Source: Felis catus
Taxonomy: Eukaryota
Assembly: GCF_018350175.1 (NCBI RefSeq)
Contig: NC_058368.1
Coordinates: forward strand, 219,792,001-219,856,000
Direction of reading: 5' to 3'
Length of the DNA stretch: 64,000 bases
The notes under the pieces are model-generated. The model saw nothing but the letters and a program-made list of their open reading frames with translations. It did not search any database and was not told the origin of the DNA. This document shows positions 24,756-38,380 of this stretch, one piece after another. Within the stretch, counting starts at the first letter, position 1. Each line of letters starts with the position of its first letter. The position numbers were made by a program, and so were the translations under genes.

Positions 24756-26179
24756 CTTTTCTATGAAAGTTTTCTATTAGCATTTAAATGCTTATTTTTC
24801 TTTTTAGTATTTTTAATATCTTACTCTTTGAATGACATGGGAGTAACATAGGTAAAAATTTGTTTGGACAAGTGGCTGTATCTAATGTTTTGCTAAGAAA
24901 AAAAATGTCACTTCTGAATGGATGTATCTTGAGAATTTTTTGATTTGTTGACATTTTGGGAAGAAACAATTTGTTTTCAGATAAATACACCCAATTTTTC
25001 AAATAATTGGTGTATTTGCTAAAAAACAAAATAATGTCTACCAAGGAAAATAAAATTTATACTATTGAAATTAGAATAACTGTATTTAAAATATATGAGT
25101 TTTTCAGTTGGAGCATAGGGATACTTTATGCATATATACCTATATATTTATAATATATAAAAATATAAATTTACATTATGTTTTATTTATAAATATACTG
25201 TAGTAGAGTGATGTCTGGACAATTGAGTGATATGTGTATTATTAATACTAATTTTTAATTCCTACCACTTCCATGAAAAACAAATTGCTGTAAGGTGTAT
25301 ATTAGGAAACACTGCAAAAAAAATTAAAAACTAGGCATTAGGGAATATGTTGAAAATATGTCATATGGAATTTTACTCCTGCATTGTCTTTTTCATATGA
25401 TTTATACTCTCTGAAAAAAAAAGACTAAAAACGTCCAAAGTTGGTACATACACATGGTTTCTAGGGTTATCACCAAAAATCAATGAAATCATATAAACAA
25501 TTTATACATATATGTTTGAATTTAGAATTTTTAAATTCATAATGGTATTTCCAGACTTTCCCTCTATCAAGTCACTCTTGAGCCCATTTTGATAAAATCC
25601 TTTTTACAGAATGCTTTTGACATTCTTTTTCTTCTAATCGCTGTCTGATATAAAGGCAAATTAGTTTTAATGATAAATGGGATATAATAAAAAATTTCCA
25701 CTATAGTTTCTGTTCCTAAAACAATTACTGTATTTCAATAAATATTGTATTAGATAATTACCTCCTTTATTATATAGAAAATAGATTATGATTAAATAAT
25801 ACCTTTGTTTACTATTACTCTACCATTCTCGTATATTACAGGAAATTATTGACAAGAATTATGAGTACTGTTTTCATACAGATTTTCATTTATTGGACAT
25901 ATTTTTCTGACCATAACAATCAGTTTGTCTAAAAGACTGAAATCATTAAAATAGTTTATATCCAGTTTTACCTGCAGGTAGCAGCAAAATACTATTAACT
26001 GAGAACAATTATCCTCTCTGCTATCAGGATTTTTATTGTAAAACACATGTTTACACTCAGGATGCCTATATTCCTTGAGATACAGTTACTCAGGTTTTTT
26101 TTTTTTCTATAAGTTTATGCAAATGGATTAACAACTAAATTAATGGCTCTTATTTGTGTTTTACAGAGAAATAACTTCA

Positions 26180-26310
26180 ATCTAACCTTGAAACTTCATA
26201 GAAATGCAATTCTTAGATGTCACCTTAGTCCTACTGTGGAAGGAGAGTAGCATACTGTTTAACAAGCCTTTCAAGTGATTCTGGGGCAAGCTAAAGTTTG
26301 AGAACCATGG
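26180..26310 (+). mobile_element. MER5-like hAT remnant
   Basis: tttaacaagcctttcaagtgattctggggcaagctaaagtttgagaacca. Confidence 0.6.
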
Positions 26311-26319
26311 AACTAAGCC

Positions 26320-26523
26320 AAGCCATACAACAGAACTTTCTTTGATGATTAAAATGGCCTATATCTATTTTTTCCAATACAGTAGCCAATAGTCACACAT
26401 GCCTACTAAGTACCTGAGAAATGGCTAATAACCAAGGGACTGATATTTAATATTATTTACTTTTAATTTATTTAAGGTTAAAAAGCCTCATGTGGCCGAT
26501 GGATACTGTTTTGGACAGCACAA
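26320..26523. mobile_element. MER3-like hAT MITE
   Basis: agaactttctttgatgattaaaatg...tccaatacagtagcc...catgtggccgatggatactgttttggacagcac. Confidence 0.7.
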
Positions 26524-26849
26524 GTCTGAATGAGCCCACGATTTCATGTGATTAGAATGGCAGATTAGATTCTAAAGGAAACAAGCTTATTACATCTTTC
26601 CACCATTACTGGAACTTGGTGCTTTAATTTACTACAAGAAAAAACTTAACCCATTCTAATTTTGATCCTAACAAAATGACTATAATGGTGGAATCAATCA
26701 CTTTGGAAAAATTTGTGAAGTGAAATGCACTTAACAATGTTTGCCCTTTTTACCAAAAAGTGTTGTTAGCTGAGTGAGGCAGAAAGCTCAGGTGATGTAC
26801 ATATCCGCTATAATCCTCCCTCCTTTCGTGAGAATAGGATCAATGAATG

Positions 26850-26990
26850 TGATGGCATTATGTTCATGGTTAGGTTACTTTTTATGTTAAAGATAAATGG
26901 ATTTTGCTGATACAGTAAACATCACTATGCATTTGATAATAAGTTAATTAAAAAGGAGATAATCCTGAAGGGGCCTGTCAGGTGAGCTTT
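26850..26990 (+). mobile_element. MLT1-type LTR remnant (host of the L1 insertion)
   Basis: ggattttgctgat...taagttaattaaaaaggagataatcctgaaggggcctg, resuming after the L1 at 27519. Confidence 0.5.
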
Positions 26991-27518
26991 TTTTTTTTTT
27001 TCAATATATGAAATTTATTGTGAAATTGGTTTCCATACAACACCCAGTGCTCATCCCAAAAGGTGCCCTCCTCAGTACCCATCACCCACCTTCCCCTCCC
27101 TTCCACCCACCCCCCCAATAACCCTCAGTTTGTTTTCAGTTTTTTTTTATTTTTTTTTTCAACGTTTATTTATTTTTGGGACAGAGAGAGACAGAGCATG
27201 AACAGGCGAGGGGCAGAGAGAGAGGGAGACACAGAATCGGAAACAGGCTCCAGGCTCTGAGCCATCAGCCCAGAGCCTGACGCGGGCTGGAACTCACGGA
27301 CCGCGAGATCGTGACCTGGCTGAAGTCGGACGCTTAACCGACTGCGCCACCCAGGCGCCCCAATGTTCTCAGGTTTTAAGAGTCTCTTATGCTTTGGCTC
27401 TCTCCCACTCTAACCTCTTTTTTTTTTTTTTTCCTTTCCCTCCCCCATGGGTTTCTGTTAAGTTTCTCAGGATCCACATAAGAGTGAAAACATATGGTAT
27501 CTGTCTTTCTCTGTATGG
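26988..27518 (-). mobile_element. Young felid L1 3' end with nested SINE
   Basis: Poly-T then caatatatgaaatttattgtgaaattggtttccatacaacacccagtgctcatcccaa; TSD ctgtcaggtgagctttt at 26975-26991 and 27519-27535. Confidence 0.93.
27140..27361 (-). mobile_element. Young felid SINE (SINEC_Fc1-like) nested in L1
   Basis: CpG-rich antisense SINE ending ccgactgcgccacccaggcgcccc; TSD tgtt(t/c)tcag(t/g)tttt. Confidence 0.96.
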
Positions 27519-27554
27519 CTGTCAGGTGAGCTTTTAAGAGAGGGTCATACCATA

Positions 27555-29205
27555 AGCAAGTGTGATTTGTCACTGGTGTGCAAAAATGGTTCAATATATG
27601 AAAATCAATGTGATACACCATATTAAAAGAACAAAAAAGAAAAATCACATGATTAACTCAAAAGATACATTTGAAAACACCGTTTCATAGTAAAAACTCT
27701 TCACAATTAAAAATAAACTGGGAGCACCTGGGTGGCTCAGTTGGTTAAGTGTCCAACTTCTGCTGAGGTCATGATCTCATGGTTCATGGGTTCCAACCCT
27801 GCCAGGCTCTGTGCTGATAGTTCAGGGCCTGGAGCTTGCTTCAGATTCTGTGTCTCCCTCTCTCTGTCCTTCCGTCACTTGTCCTCTCTCTCTCTCAAAA
27901 ATAAATAAACATTAAAATTGTTTTCAAAAAATAAAAATAAAAATAAACTCTATATAGAAGGAATTGACCTCAAGATAATATGAGAAGCACACAGCTAATA
28001 TCATACTCACCAGCAGAAAACTGAGTTTTCCTCTAAGATTAGAAACAAGACAAGGATGTCCACTCTCACCATTTCCATTCAATATAGTAAAGTTTTAGCC
28101 AAAGTAATTAGGCAATAAAAAGAAATAAAATGCATCCAAATCAGAAAGGAAGAAGTAAAATTATCCTTGTTCACAGATGACATGATCTTACATATAGAAA
28201 ACTCTAAAGACCCTACCAAAACAAAACTGCTAGAACTAATAAGCAAATTCATCAAAGGTGCATAAAACAAAATCAAAACACAAAAATCAGTTGCATTACT
28301 GTAGAGCTGAAACAGACTATCCAAAAAGGAGATTAAGAAAATGATACCATTTAAAATAGTATCAAGAAGAATGAAATGTTTAAGGACAAACATACTCAAG
28401 GAGGTGAAAGAATTGTATGCTGAAAATAACAAAACACTGATGAAAGAAATTAAAGAAAAGAATCAGTGCAAAGACATCCATGTTCATGGATTGGAAGATT
28501 TAATATTGTTAAAATGTCTATACTACCCAAAGATATCAATAGGTTCAATGCAATCTCTATCAAAATCCTGATGGCATTTTTCACAGACTTCGAGAAAATC
28601 CTGAAGTTCATATGGAACCACAAAAACAAACAAACAAACAAACAAATAAACAAAACCCCAAATAGTCAAAGTATTTTGAACAAGAAGAACAACTAAAAGC
28701 ATGACATTTCTGATTTCAAAATATATTACAAAGTTATAGTAATTAGAATAGTATGATATTGGCATAAAGGTAGACATATAAACCAAGGGAAGAGAATAAA
28801 GAGCTCATAAAATAGACACACATATACTATCAATTGATCTTCCACAAGGAAAATAAAAAACACACAATAAAGAATAGATAGTGTGTAGAACAAATGATGT
28901 TGGGAAAGTTGGATATTCATATGCAAACGAATTAAACTGGATGCTTATCTTACATCATACACAGAAATCAACTCAAAATGGATTAAAGAATTAACTATAA
29001 GAAGTGAAACCATAAAACTCCTAAAAGAAAATATAAGGAAAAAGTTTCTGACATTGGCCTTAGCAGTATTTCCTGCATGTGACATCAAAAGCACAAGTAA
29101 CAAAGGCCAAAATAGACAAGTGAGACCACATCAAATTAAAAAGCTTCAAATAATGTTCAAAAGCTTCAAACTAAAAAGCTGCAGCAAATAATCAATGGAG
29201 TGAAA
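27555..29205 (+). mobile_element. L1 ORF2 (reverse transcriptase region) fragment, degenerate
   Basis: ttgttcacagatgacatgatc = LFTDDMI (FADD motif) at ~28167; ORF 28466 [30 protein letters not shown] matches L1 ORF2; frameshifted. Confidence 0.93.
27720..27938 (+). mobile_element. Can-SINE inside L1 ORF2
   Basis: gggagcacctgggtggctcagttggttaag head; TSD aaaataaact. Confidence 0.95.
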
Positions 29206-29544
29206 TTAGGAAATAGGTATTGCAGAATGGCTCACATAGACTATTTTATATATGCTAACTTTGATGCTAAGAACTTTACACATATTAATTTATTTAATTA
29301 TTAGTGGAAAACTACTGAATGACGACCATTATGGTTAAATTTTCTTGTTGGGAAAATTGGGATTTGGGGCACAGAGATATAAAGTAATTTATCCAGAGTT
29401 ACACAAGCAGGTAGTAAATGGAGAATTTGACAACAGGGGTTATAGTTCCAGAGTCTTTGTACTTATACAATTCTCTATTTGCCTTTCAATGGGACCCTTA
29501 ATTTTGGAATGTGGAATGTGGAATGGAAGCTCTTTCTCATGTTA

Positions 29545-29920
29545 AGAAAAGTGTTGAAGGTGTTTAGAGGGCTTGTGTAGGGGTTAGTAGGTGAAGCACA
29601 GGAAATTCTTTTAGGCAGGGAAACTGTTCTGTATGATACTGTAATGATAGACACATGACATGTATTTGTCAAAACCCATGGAACTGTACAACACTAGTAG
29701 TGAACATTAATGTCAACTATGGACTTTCGTTAATAAGAGTATATTAATATTATTTCATTAATTATAACAAATGTCTCACACTAATGCAAGGTATTAATTA
29801 TAAAGGAAAAGTATATGGGGCACAGCAAGTGGTAACCTGGACATTTCTGCACCATCTTCTCACTTTTCCTGTAAATGTAAAACTGTTCTTAAAAAATTCA
29901 GTTATTTAAAAAAAAAAAGA
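29545..29920 (+). mobile_element. L1MC-type 3' end
   Basis: ttttaggcagggaaactgttctgtatgatactgtaatg...tgtcaaaacccatggaactgtacaac...aatgtcaactatggact. Confidence 0.75.
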
Positions 29921-31048
29921 ACAAAAAAGTGTTGATATTATAGATGAAGACAAAAGACATTTGAAGGTGGAGAACAGCATTCTGAGGGATGTCGATATTG
30001 AAGGAATTGAGAGACTCTTGAAAAGATGCAATGATTCTGAAGGTAAAATGGAAAGTAGGATAATACTTACAAAATGGTAGATGACCAAATAAATCACTAA
30101 ATGTAGCAAATGACAGCCTGAAATGACAGCCTGAAAAGAACGTTTGGAATAGTTGTTCTGTGATATTTCATAAATATCCCAGAAAAGTAAGAAAGGTATT
30201 TACAATTTAAAGTGGGCAAACCACAACCATAAATGTTAGCCCTAAAATATAAAGCGTAACAACCACGAATTACAAAGTGGACTAGTATAAAAAGGACTTG
30301 CTAGTGGTTTAGAACCTGGTCCTGGGGCCAGGAGAAATATGTAAAAGTAAAAGTCACAGTTATTTTATTTGAGACATGTGGTCTAGGGGTCTACAATCAA
30401 ATATTCCTATTAGCATTCAATTAAGTTCTAAAGAGTAGAAGAGAGGATAAAGGCAAAATATGGCTGACATTTAATGTTTATTGCTTACAATCTGGTTGAT
30501 ATAAAAGGAAAGTAGATGGAATTGAAGTGTGATAAGGGAAGAAAAAGACAGTTATAAATAACTTTTATAACTTTACAAAAAAACCTTTTATAAAAAAGGT
30601 TTACAACAAAAATGTGTTTATTAAAAAGAGAGGTGGTACAAAAAGAAAATAAAAAAATCAAGACACTTAGAATACAGAAGATATACATCAAAAAAGCATA
30701 AACCAGAAAAATACTTTTCTACAAAATCTATTCAGTACAGACCATTTTATTAAACCCATGTAAGAGATCAATTAGGAGATATAAGTTATCTGAAGAAGAT
30801 TTTGCAATAGAAAGAATAGAAGAAGGAGAAGGAAGGAGGGAGGAGGAAGAAAGAAGAGGAGGAAGAAGATGAGAAGGCAAGGAGGAAGCAGAGAGAGAGA
30901 GGGAGAGAGATTAAAAGGAAAACAGCAGTTTTCAGGAAAAATTAAAAGAAATTTAAAACTTCATGAAGTGAAAGTCACACTGAAAACAGCAAAATTTGTA
31001 TAAACATGAACAGAAATTTACAACAATACGAAATATAGACTTATGAAA

Positions 31049-31720
31049 TATGATAGTTAATTGTATGTTCAAATTAATTGGCCATGAGGTGCCCATATAT
31101 GTAGTCAAACATTATTCTGGGTGTTTCTGCAAGGGAGTTTTTGGATGAGACTAACAATTTAATCAAAGCAGATTATTCTTCATAATATGGGTGGGCCTCA
31201 TCCAATCATCTGACAGCCTAAAAAGAACAAAGCAAACCCTGCTCCTCTCTTAAGTAACAGGAAATTCTCCAGCAGACTGCTTTTCATTTTCATCTGCATC
31301 ATTGACTCTTCTGGATCTCTGCTGGCTAACTTTCAAACTAATACTGCACCATTGACTCTCTTGGGTCTTGAGTCTGTGGGGCCACACTGCCAATCACCAT
31401 AATAATTGAACCCCATTCCTTATAATAAATCTCTCTCGGGAGGGAGGCAAACCATAAGAGAATCTTAAATACAGAGAAAAAAACTGAGGGTTGATAGGGT
31501 GTAGGGAGAGGAGAAAGTGGGTGATGGGCATTGAGGAGGATACTTGTTGGGATGAGCACTGAGTGTTGTATGGGAGCCAATTTGACAATAAATTATATTT
31601 AAAAAAATCTCTCTCTATGTCTTTCTCTTTCACATGCACACATACACACACACATACACACAAATACATGCACATATGCACACCTTCTATTTTTTCTGTT
31701 TCTCTATAGAACCCTAATAC
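31049..31720 (+). mobile_element. MLT2-type ERVL LTR interrupted by an L1 fragment
   Basis: gtcaaacattattctgggtgtttctg...ttggatgaga; ends ttctgtttctctatagaaccctaatac. Confidence 0.85.
31438..31604 (+). mobile_element. Short felid L1 3' end
   Basis: gggagggaggcaaaccataagag...gggatgagcactgagtgttgtatgg...tttgacaataaatt; TSD aaatctctctc at 31427-31437 and 31605-31615. Confidence 0.9.
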
Positions 31721-32625
31721 GCAAAATTCACTCACTATGCAATGGAAGGAAAGCAAGGTTTAAGCAAATTTCAGTTTTGACCATGAAAAAGTAAATGGCA
31801 AGTGATCTACCTTCTTACAAAAATATCAGCTATAATATGTATAAAATTTATACATGGACTAGCTTCAGGCATAGAGCAAAAAGAGGTAAAAAGTTGTGAT
31901 CCTGGAGGGAAAGGAATCATAAGAAGGAAGCTCCAACATTCAAAACAACATTGTGCCTGGGGGAGCTTTTCAAACTGTATCACAGGAAATGGAACGCAAT
32001 CATGAACCAGTTTTTTGAATGAGTAAAATAAGTAGAAATCAAACTGGCATTCCTGAGACATCTAGGATTTGAGAGACAATTAAACTAAAAGAGTTAATGT
32101 ACAAACGAGATCCCTAAAACTGCTTCCTTCAGCCTGTATCATAATATTAAGTTAAGTATACCATGGGCAATGTTCTGCAAGGTCTGGCAGAAAACACTAT
32201 TGGAGGGTTGTGAGTAAAATACAGATTATAAAATTTGTACAATTAAATGGAGTCATTATCAGATCATGTAGTACGAAGTGGCCCTGCTATAAAACACATA
32301 ATGTTTTTAAGCACACATGGATCATTCAAAAAGGTGAACCATTGTTTGGAACATGAAACAGGTCTTGATAAATTTTAAAGAGTTTTAATCATACATAATA
32401 TATATCTTGATCAAAATTAAATTAAATTAAAATTAATAACAGAAGTAGCTGGAAAATCCTCAAGTAGTTGAAAACTGATCAATAGAGTTCTATATAGTCC
32501 TGAATAAAAGAATAAATAAATAATAAGAAAATATAAAAACATTTTGAACTACATAATAATGAGAACATAATCAAAATTTTAGTGATGTATTTAAATCAAT
32601 GCTTAAAGGGACTTTTATAGCTTTG

Positions 32626-32793
32626 GAATTTTTCTATATTTTATTCATTTCATTTCATTTCATTTCATTTCATTTCATTTCATTTCATTTCATTTCATTT
32701 CGTTGTGACTCCACGACCAATGTGAAGCTCAAACCCATGACCCCTGAGATCAAGAGTCACATGCTCCACCAACTGAGCCAGCCAAGTGCCCCT
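32626..32793 (-). mobile_element. Short tRNA-Lys-like carnivore SINE with a (CATTT)n-expanded tail
   Basis: Minus strand ggggcacttggctggctcagttggtggagcatgtgactcttgatctcagggg; TSD actt(t/c)tatagctttg at 32611-32625 and 32796-32810. Confidence 0.85.
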
Positions 32794-33381
32794 ACACTTC
32801 TATAGCTTTGAATGTTTATATTAGATAAGAAGAAAATTTTACGTCAATGGACAATGCTTCCATCATTGAAAGCTAGGAAAAGGAAAGTAAATTAAACCTA
32901 AAGCAAGTTAAAATATGGAATGAAAAACAGAATAGCTGAAATTAATAAGAAAAGGACAAATAAAAAAATGAATAAAATTAAAAGTAGGTTATTTGAAAGT
33001 AGATTACTTCTACTTTAATCTTTTAATCAGTAGATTACTACAACTGATAAAACCCTAGCAAGGCTTATAAAGGAAAGAGTGAAATCAAAGTGTCATAAAG
33101 GATTGCAAACTCACGGTTCAATATACCCTTCCAATTTCACTGGTTGTTGGTAGAATTACTAATATAATGAGTGAAAAAGGGGACATCACTACAGATCCTG
33201 TAAACATTAAAAAGGTAATGATAATAATATAGAAAGAAGTAATACTCTCCATTTATTAAATGGATCCAGCAAAATATTGACACTCTTTGCTTACACTAAG
33301 AAGATAAAAATTGGACAGATAAATGATGCTCATGGAAGCTCATGGGATGAAAAATTGAATATTTTTAATATGCTTATTCTT

Positions 33382-33592
33382 GGGGTGCCTGTGTGGCTCA
33401 GTTGGTTAAGTGTGAGACTCTTGATTTTGGCTCAGGTCACAATCTCACAGTTTGTGGGACAGAGTCCCACACCCGGCTCTAAGCTGGCAGTACAAAGCCT
33501 GATTGGGATTCTCTCTCTCCCTCTCTCCCTGCCCCTTCCTTGCTCATGGCTCACTCTCTCTCAAAATAAATAAATAAACTTAAACAAAAAAA
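33382..33592 (+). mobile_element. Can-SINE
   Basis: ggggtgcctgtgtggctcagttggttaag head; TSD atg(c/t)ttattctt. Confidence 0.94.
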
Positions 33593-35802
33593 GATGTTTA
33601 TTCTTCTCAAATTGACCTAAATATTAAAAAACAAAAACAAAAACAAAAACAAATTCACCAGGCTCTTTTGTGCTAAAGATTTATATTAATGGGAAAGAAT
33701 TTACATTAAAGTATAATTTCAATTCTAGTTAGGAAGTTAGAGAAAGCAATTAGTTTATATACACGTATATTTGTGTTGTCCCAGAATACAATAGAGACTC
33801 TACAGAACACAAGGTTTCTTTAAAGAAAAAGAAGGCTGAAAATTTAGTATTAATGAGGAAATGGTCAAAGAAAGACTTTGGAGAAATCAAATAAATAGGG
33901 GTTAAGGGCAGTGGGTGTAGACTTTCAACTTCACCTCTGCCTAGTTCTGCAAGGGATAAGGGAGATAGCTTTAAAGCACTCAGTCACTGTCCAGCACATA
34001 CTAAAACCTTATGCAGAGTTATCATTACTAATATTAATGTTGGAAGCAAGAATGAAAGTGTAAGAGTCTTATGAAGTCTGAGATTCACTTTTGTCAGACT
34101 CCATTAGGTTGGGAAAGAAGAAGAAAGAAATGGAACAAGGCCATTTGCATTAATCCAAATTAATACTCCATCTGAATAAAATATTTTTATTGAAAATGTT
34201 TTTATTAGACATTATAAATTTTCCCATAATTTACCCAAATAAGTGTATCGACAATTCACCAAGGAAAATAACCCAGCATTTTCACAGAAGGCTTTCTGCA
34301 TGATTTTATTCATATTACTCTATTTAATCCAATCAAAATAATTATAAATTATGAGAATATATTTTGAATTTGAGGCTTCAAATTTGAGAATAACTCTTGT
34401 TTTATTTAGCTTTTTTTCAATGTATAATTGAAGACTAAGAATTAACTTATTTTGAGTGGAAAAAATTAAGTGAGGAAAATAAAATTTTTCTTCCATTAAG
34501 AAACCATTTATCTTCCATAGCTCAATGCTTGCCTATTCCAAGAACAGCCAAATGTCCTTACCTTTTTCAGAAAGGCATTAATACCTGTTGTGAAAAACCT
34601 TTATTACTGCTAATTGTTCCAGCAGCAGTGAATGGGAAACAGCAGGCCTAGGGGTTGTCTGTGACTATCTACAATAAAAGGAAGTTCTATACTTCATGGG
34701 CCTCTAAGCATGCAGCTAACCCTCCTGATTACAAAAGGTACAGAGTGCCATTAAAAGGCATCGAGATTTCCTGAAGACAATTATAAAGGCATACAACATC
34801 TGTTCTCAATCATGGGCGACAGAAGAGAAAATGCGCACCACATGATATGTTACCTACAACAAAGAAGTCCAGCTGTGTGAAGAAAAGCATGTGAACAGGA
34901 GATGGCCAGGCAAGAACAGTGCAAAGTAAGCATTGTTCCAATGACAGTGACCCATGGCGATCTCTTTGAGTAGCTCTGTGGTGCCAAGCTCTGTTTGTTC
35001 TCCTACAAAAAGGGCCACCTGGGACATCCTCAATTATTGGTGCTGTTCATAAAAGAGTACTATTCACCAGACAATTTGGGTTTAACATTTAAAGTGACAA
35101 ACTTCAAAAAAGCTACATGGGGGCAAAGCATTTTCTTAGCCCTTTGTTCTAATTGTCCAGGATTGAAAATACCTTTATCTCCTTATAGAAATCTATGCCA
35201 TTCCAAACCATTTTTACAGAATATAAAATAGAACCAAAATAGTTTCATAGTAAGTGTCAATAGGAAAAATTATTGTGGAAAATAATGATTAGAGAGAATT
35301 ATGCAACCGTTTACATCGCTGGCCCTGCCACTTCCTTCTGTCTCTCATTCTTACTGGGCTTCAGCCAACTTTCCCCTTGCGGTTTTCCCCACATAACATG
35401 TGCCTCCAACTGGGCCTTTGTATGTGGTGTTCTGTCCACTTGGGATGTTATTCACCCAGTTAGTTACCCACATCTTGCTTCCTCATCATCTGAATTTACT
35501 TACTGACATTGCCATCACAGTAAGGCCATTTCTGAAAAGCCCAATTAAAACTGAACCCATTCCACACCTTTCCTGCTGTTTATGATTTATTTTTTCACAT
35601 AGCATTTTCATACATAATAATATCTTCTTAGAAATTAATTTTGTATATTTGTTATCTTTTCCTGGAAAACATAAGCTTTCTGAAGTCAAAACTGAAGCTC
35701 TTTCATTCAGTGCTGCCTCATCAATACCCACATGACAGAAGTCAAAATTATTTCTCAAACAATTGAATGACTTGATGATTTTTTGGTTCTAAAATTCGAC
35801 TG

Positions 35803-36430
35803 GATAGTAAAGGATTAATCCAGCAGGTTTAGGGTGCTCAAAGCTACATGTTCCACATAAAGGACTGGCCCTTCACCCACTTAAAAGGGAGATTGCCTCT
35901 GAGCCCGTTAAAATATCCTGCCTGATAAGAATGTCTTTCTATACCTGAGACATTAAGCCACACACGTGGTTTATGGTAACACTGTAATTTATGGTGACCA
36001 TCTATTTTTGTTTACCTGGGATCTGAGGCCACTCTGTCAGTTTGACCTCTGGGGGATTGGAGTCCAAGTAGCTTAGGTCATTAACATCAGTATTCCATGC
36101 CTCATGACAACCATTAATAAAATCCCTGGCCTCAAGGGTCAAGAAGGCCTGAGCTTCATTTTTTGACAACACTTGGCAAATGTCATCATACATTGTTGCT
36201 ATCTCTTTTACTCTACTGGGTCAAAGACAGTAGAGGTCAGAGGGACAGTTGAAAGGTGGTGCCTCGTTCCTCCTACACTATGCCATATACACCTTTGCCC
36301 TTTACTGATTTAAATCTGTATCCTTCCACGATAATACACTGTAACTGTGAGTATAGCAGCTTTCCAGAATTCTGTAGGTCCTTCTAGCAAATCATGAAAC
36401 CTAAGAGTGGTCTTAGGGACCTATGAGACA
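35803..36430 (+). mobile_element. MER77-like ERVL LTR
   Basis: agtaaaggattaatccagcagg...gagattgcctctgagccc...atatcctgcctgataaga; ends gagtggtcttagggacctatgagaca. Confidence 0.7.
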
Positions 36431-38380
36431 GTAATGACATCCATACTTGGATAAAAATGACTAATCATCATTTTGTGGTCAAACTATAATTTCTTATTTA
36501 TGAAACTCAATGTTTAGGGTCCATTCCATTAAACCTACAAAGTTTAGATTTTTATGTGAATAAATAATGGTATTCTTTGCAAAAATAACAATACACTAAT
36601 TTTTGATAAATAAGTATTTGAGAGTCATTATCATATAGATATCAGTAGTTAAATATTAATATAATTGATTGTTTCCATTTCCAACACTGAAATTACCTAG
36701 GAAAAATAGATGTAAATTAGCATGGTGTCTCAAAATGAATATAAGCCACACTCTATGAAAAATAGCGCATATTACCATTTTTCCTGTTTTGAATAACTTT
36801 GAGAACCAAAGTGGACATGCACATAATCAAAAATATAAGCCATGGGTTTGCAAATATAAATTAGACACATACAATAGATAAATTATTCACAAGTATACAA
36901 GACCACGTATTTCTTTCAACTTATACTAATGTAATGTGACTACAGTACCCTTATCAGTGATAATGAATTCAAAAGGAACTTGAATGCTCCCTAGATATCA
37001 TGACCACATATATCCCCTTGATTAAATTAAAGCACCTGATGATTACCTTGGATTCTTTACATATACATAAAAATCCAACCAATTATATTTTGTATATCTG
37101 TGTGATATCCACAAACTTGCTAAGGATATTTGATTTTGTTGAATTGCTTAAAAAAATAAACACTTAAATTTTATAGCATGCTGAACTTGCACACATGTGC
37201 ATGCATTAGAGGAAACAAATATTTTTGACAACTTTGAATTTTATGCATTTTGAAAAAGAGAAAAGAAAATACATTTGGTAATTATTTGAGTTAAAAACAG
37301 AAATGCAAATATCCATTGATGTTCTTGTTTCCAAATTTCCCATGATATACCAAAACCATGTGAAGTTTACTCACTTAACTATTTCTCATAAAAAAGCAGA
37401 AGAAACAATTCTGTTTTAAAGCTTAATAAAACTGCAATGTGTGTGAATATTATTTAGTATTTTATATATGATTTTTACATTTAGTACATTTAATACACTA
37501 AAAATTCAATGACAAATTACTAAGTAAATATAATACTAAAAATATACAAATATGTATAAATATATTTATATATAGCAATAGGCAGACACATATACATTTC
37601 TGTGTTTGTGTATGCATGTGTGTGTATCCATAAGTAATATATTTAGTAAACAGCATATTTATTAATTTAGTATTTTATATAGCTATATATAAAATATATG
37701 ATATATATACATGTATATAAATATATATTTCACACACACACATGCACACACATACACACCTGGTGCATGTGTGCATATCTCCAAGTAGAAGTTTTAGAAA
37801 TCTGAGGAGAGAATTTCATTATCATTGCATGGGGGCAGCAGTACTAATATTTAAAGGCAAATCTTTAGAGACTAGGAATCCTGCACCATATAGATAGTCA
37901 CCTCAATGAAGAGATTCTAAGTCCTTACTCTTTTTAAATTCTTCCAGATATGCTTACAAGTGAAAACCTGGAACCAAGTTGATTTTACATATAAATTTAA
38001 ATATTTTAGCAGTTTTCCAGTAATGCAAAAAAAGAAAAACAAAGCCAAAAATGATAAATACCATTTCGAGCCAAGGCTTCACATATTCATTTAATCAAAT
38101 TTAATGGAAAAATATTACCAAGAATACTGTGGTTTCTATTCTTTTGTTGCAACTTCATATTATTTAAGTAGTTACTAGAATGATCACACAATCTAAGTTC
38201 AAGATAGCAAGTAAAAAATGTTCTGTTCAACATCAATTTATTCCAGCTTATCTAGATACAGAACACTTAGGTCAGACAGCTATCAGACCTTTTATATCTG
38301 AAGGCCCTCTTAGTAATGTTCACTTTGAAATCATTTTTTGGCGTATTATCTGCAAATCTCCAATAAAGCATTATGAAGTA

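Larger units (their letters stand above)
32290..33680 (+). mobile_element. Old L1 ORF2 fragments (5' region and downstream piece) with two SINE insertions
   Basis: gcacacatggatcattc...aaattaataac...acttttatagc...ggacatcactacagatcctg; A-rich; boundaries approximate. Confidence 0.7.

Noticed and set aside
27555..29205. Active L1 reverse transcriptase
   Set aside because: Multiple frameshifts and stops, a SINE insertion, no 5' UTR or ORF1
30108..30136. 13-bp tandem duplication aaatgacagcctg
   Set aside because: Ordinary slippage duplication with no further structure
32705..32793. tRNA-Lys gene
   Set aside because: Diverged, with a tail and TSD and no convincing cloverleaf; a tRNA-derived SINE
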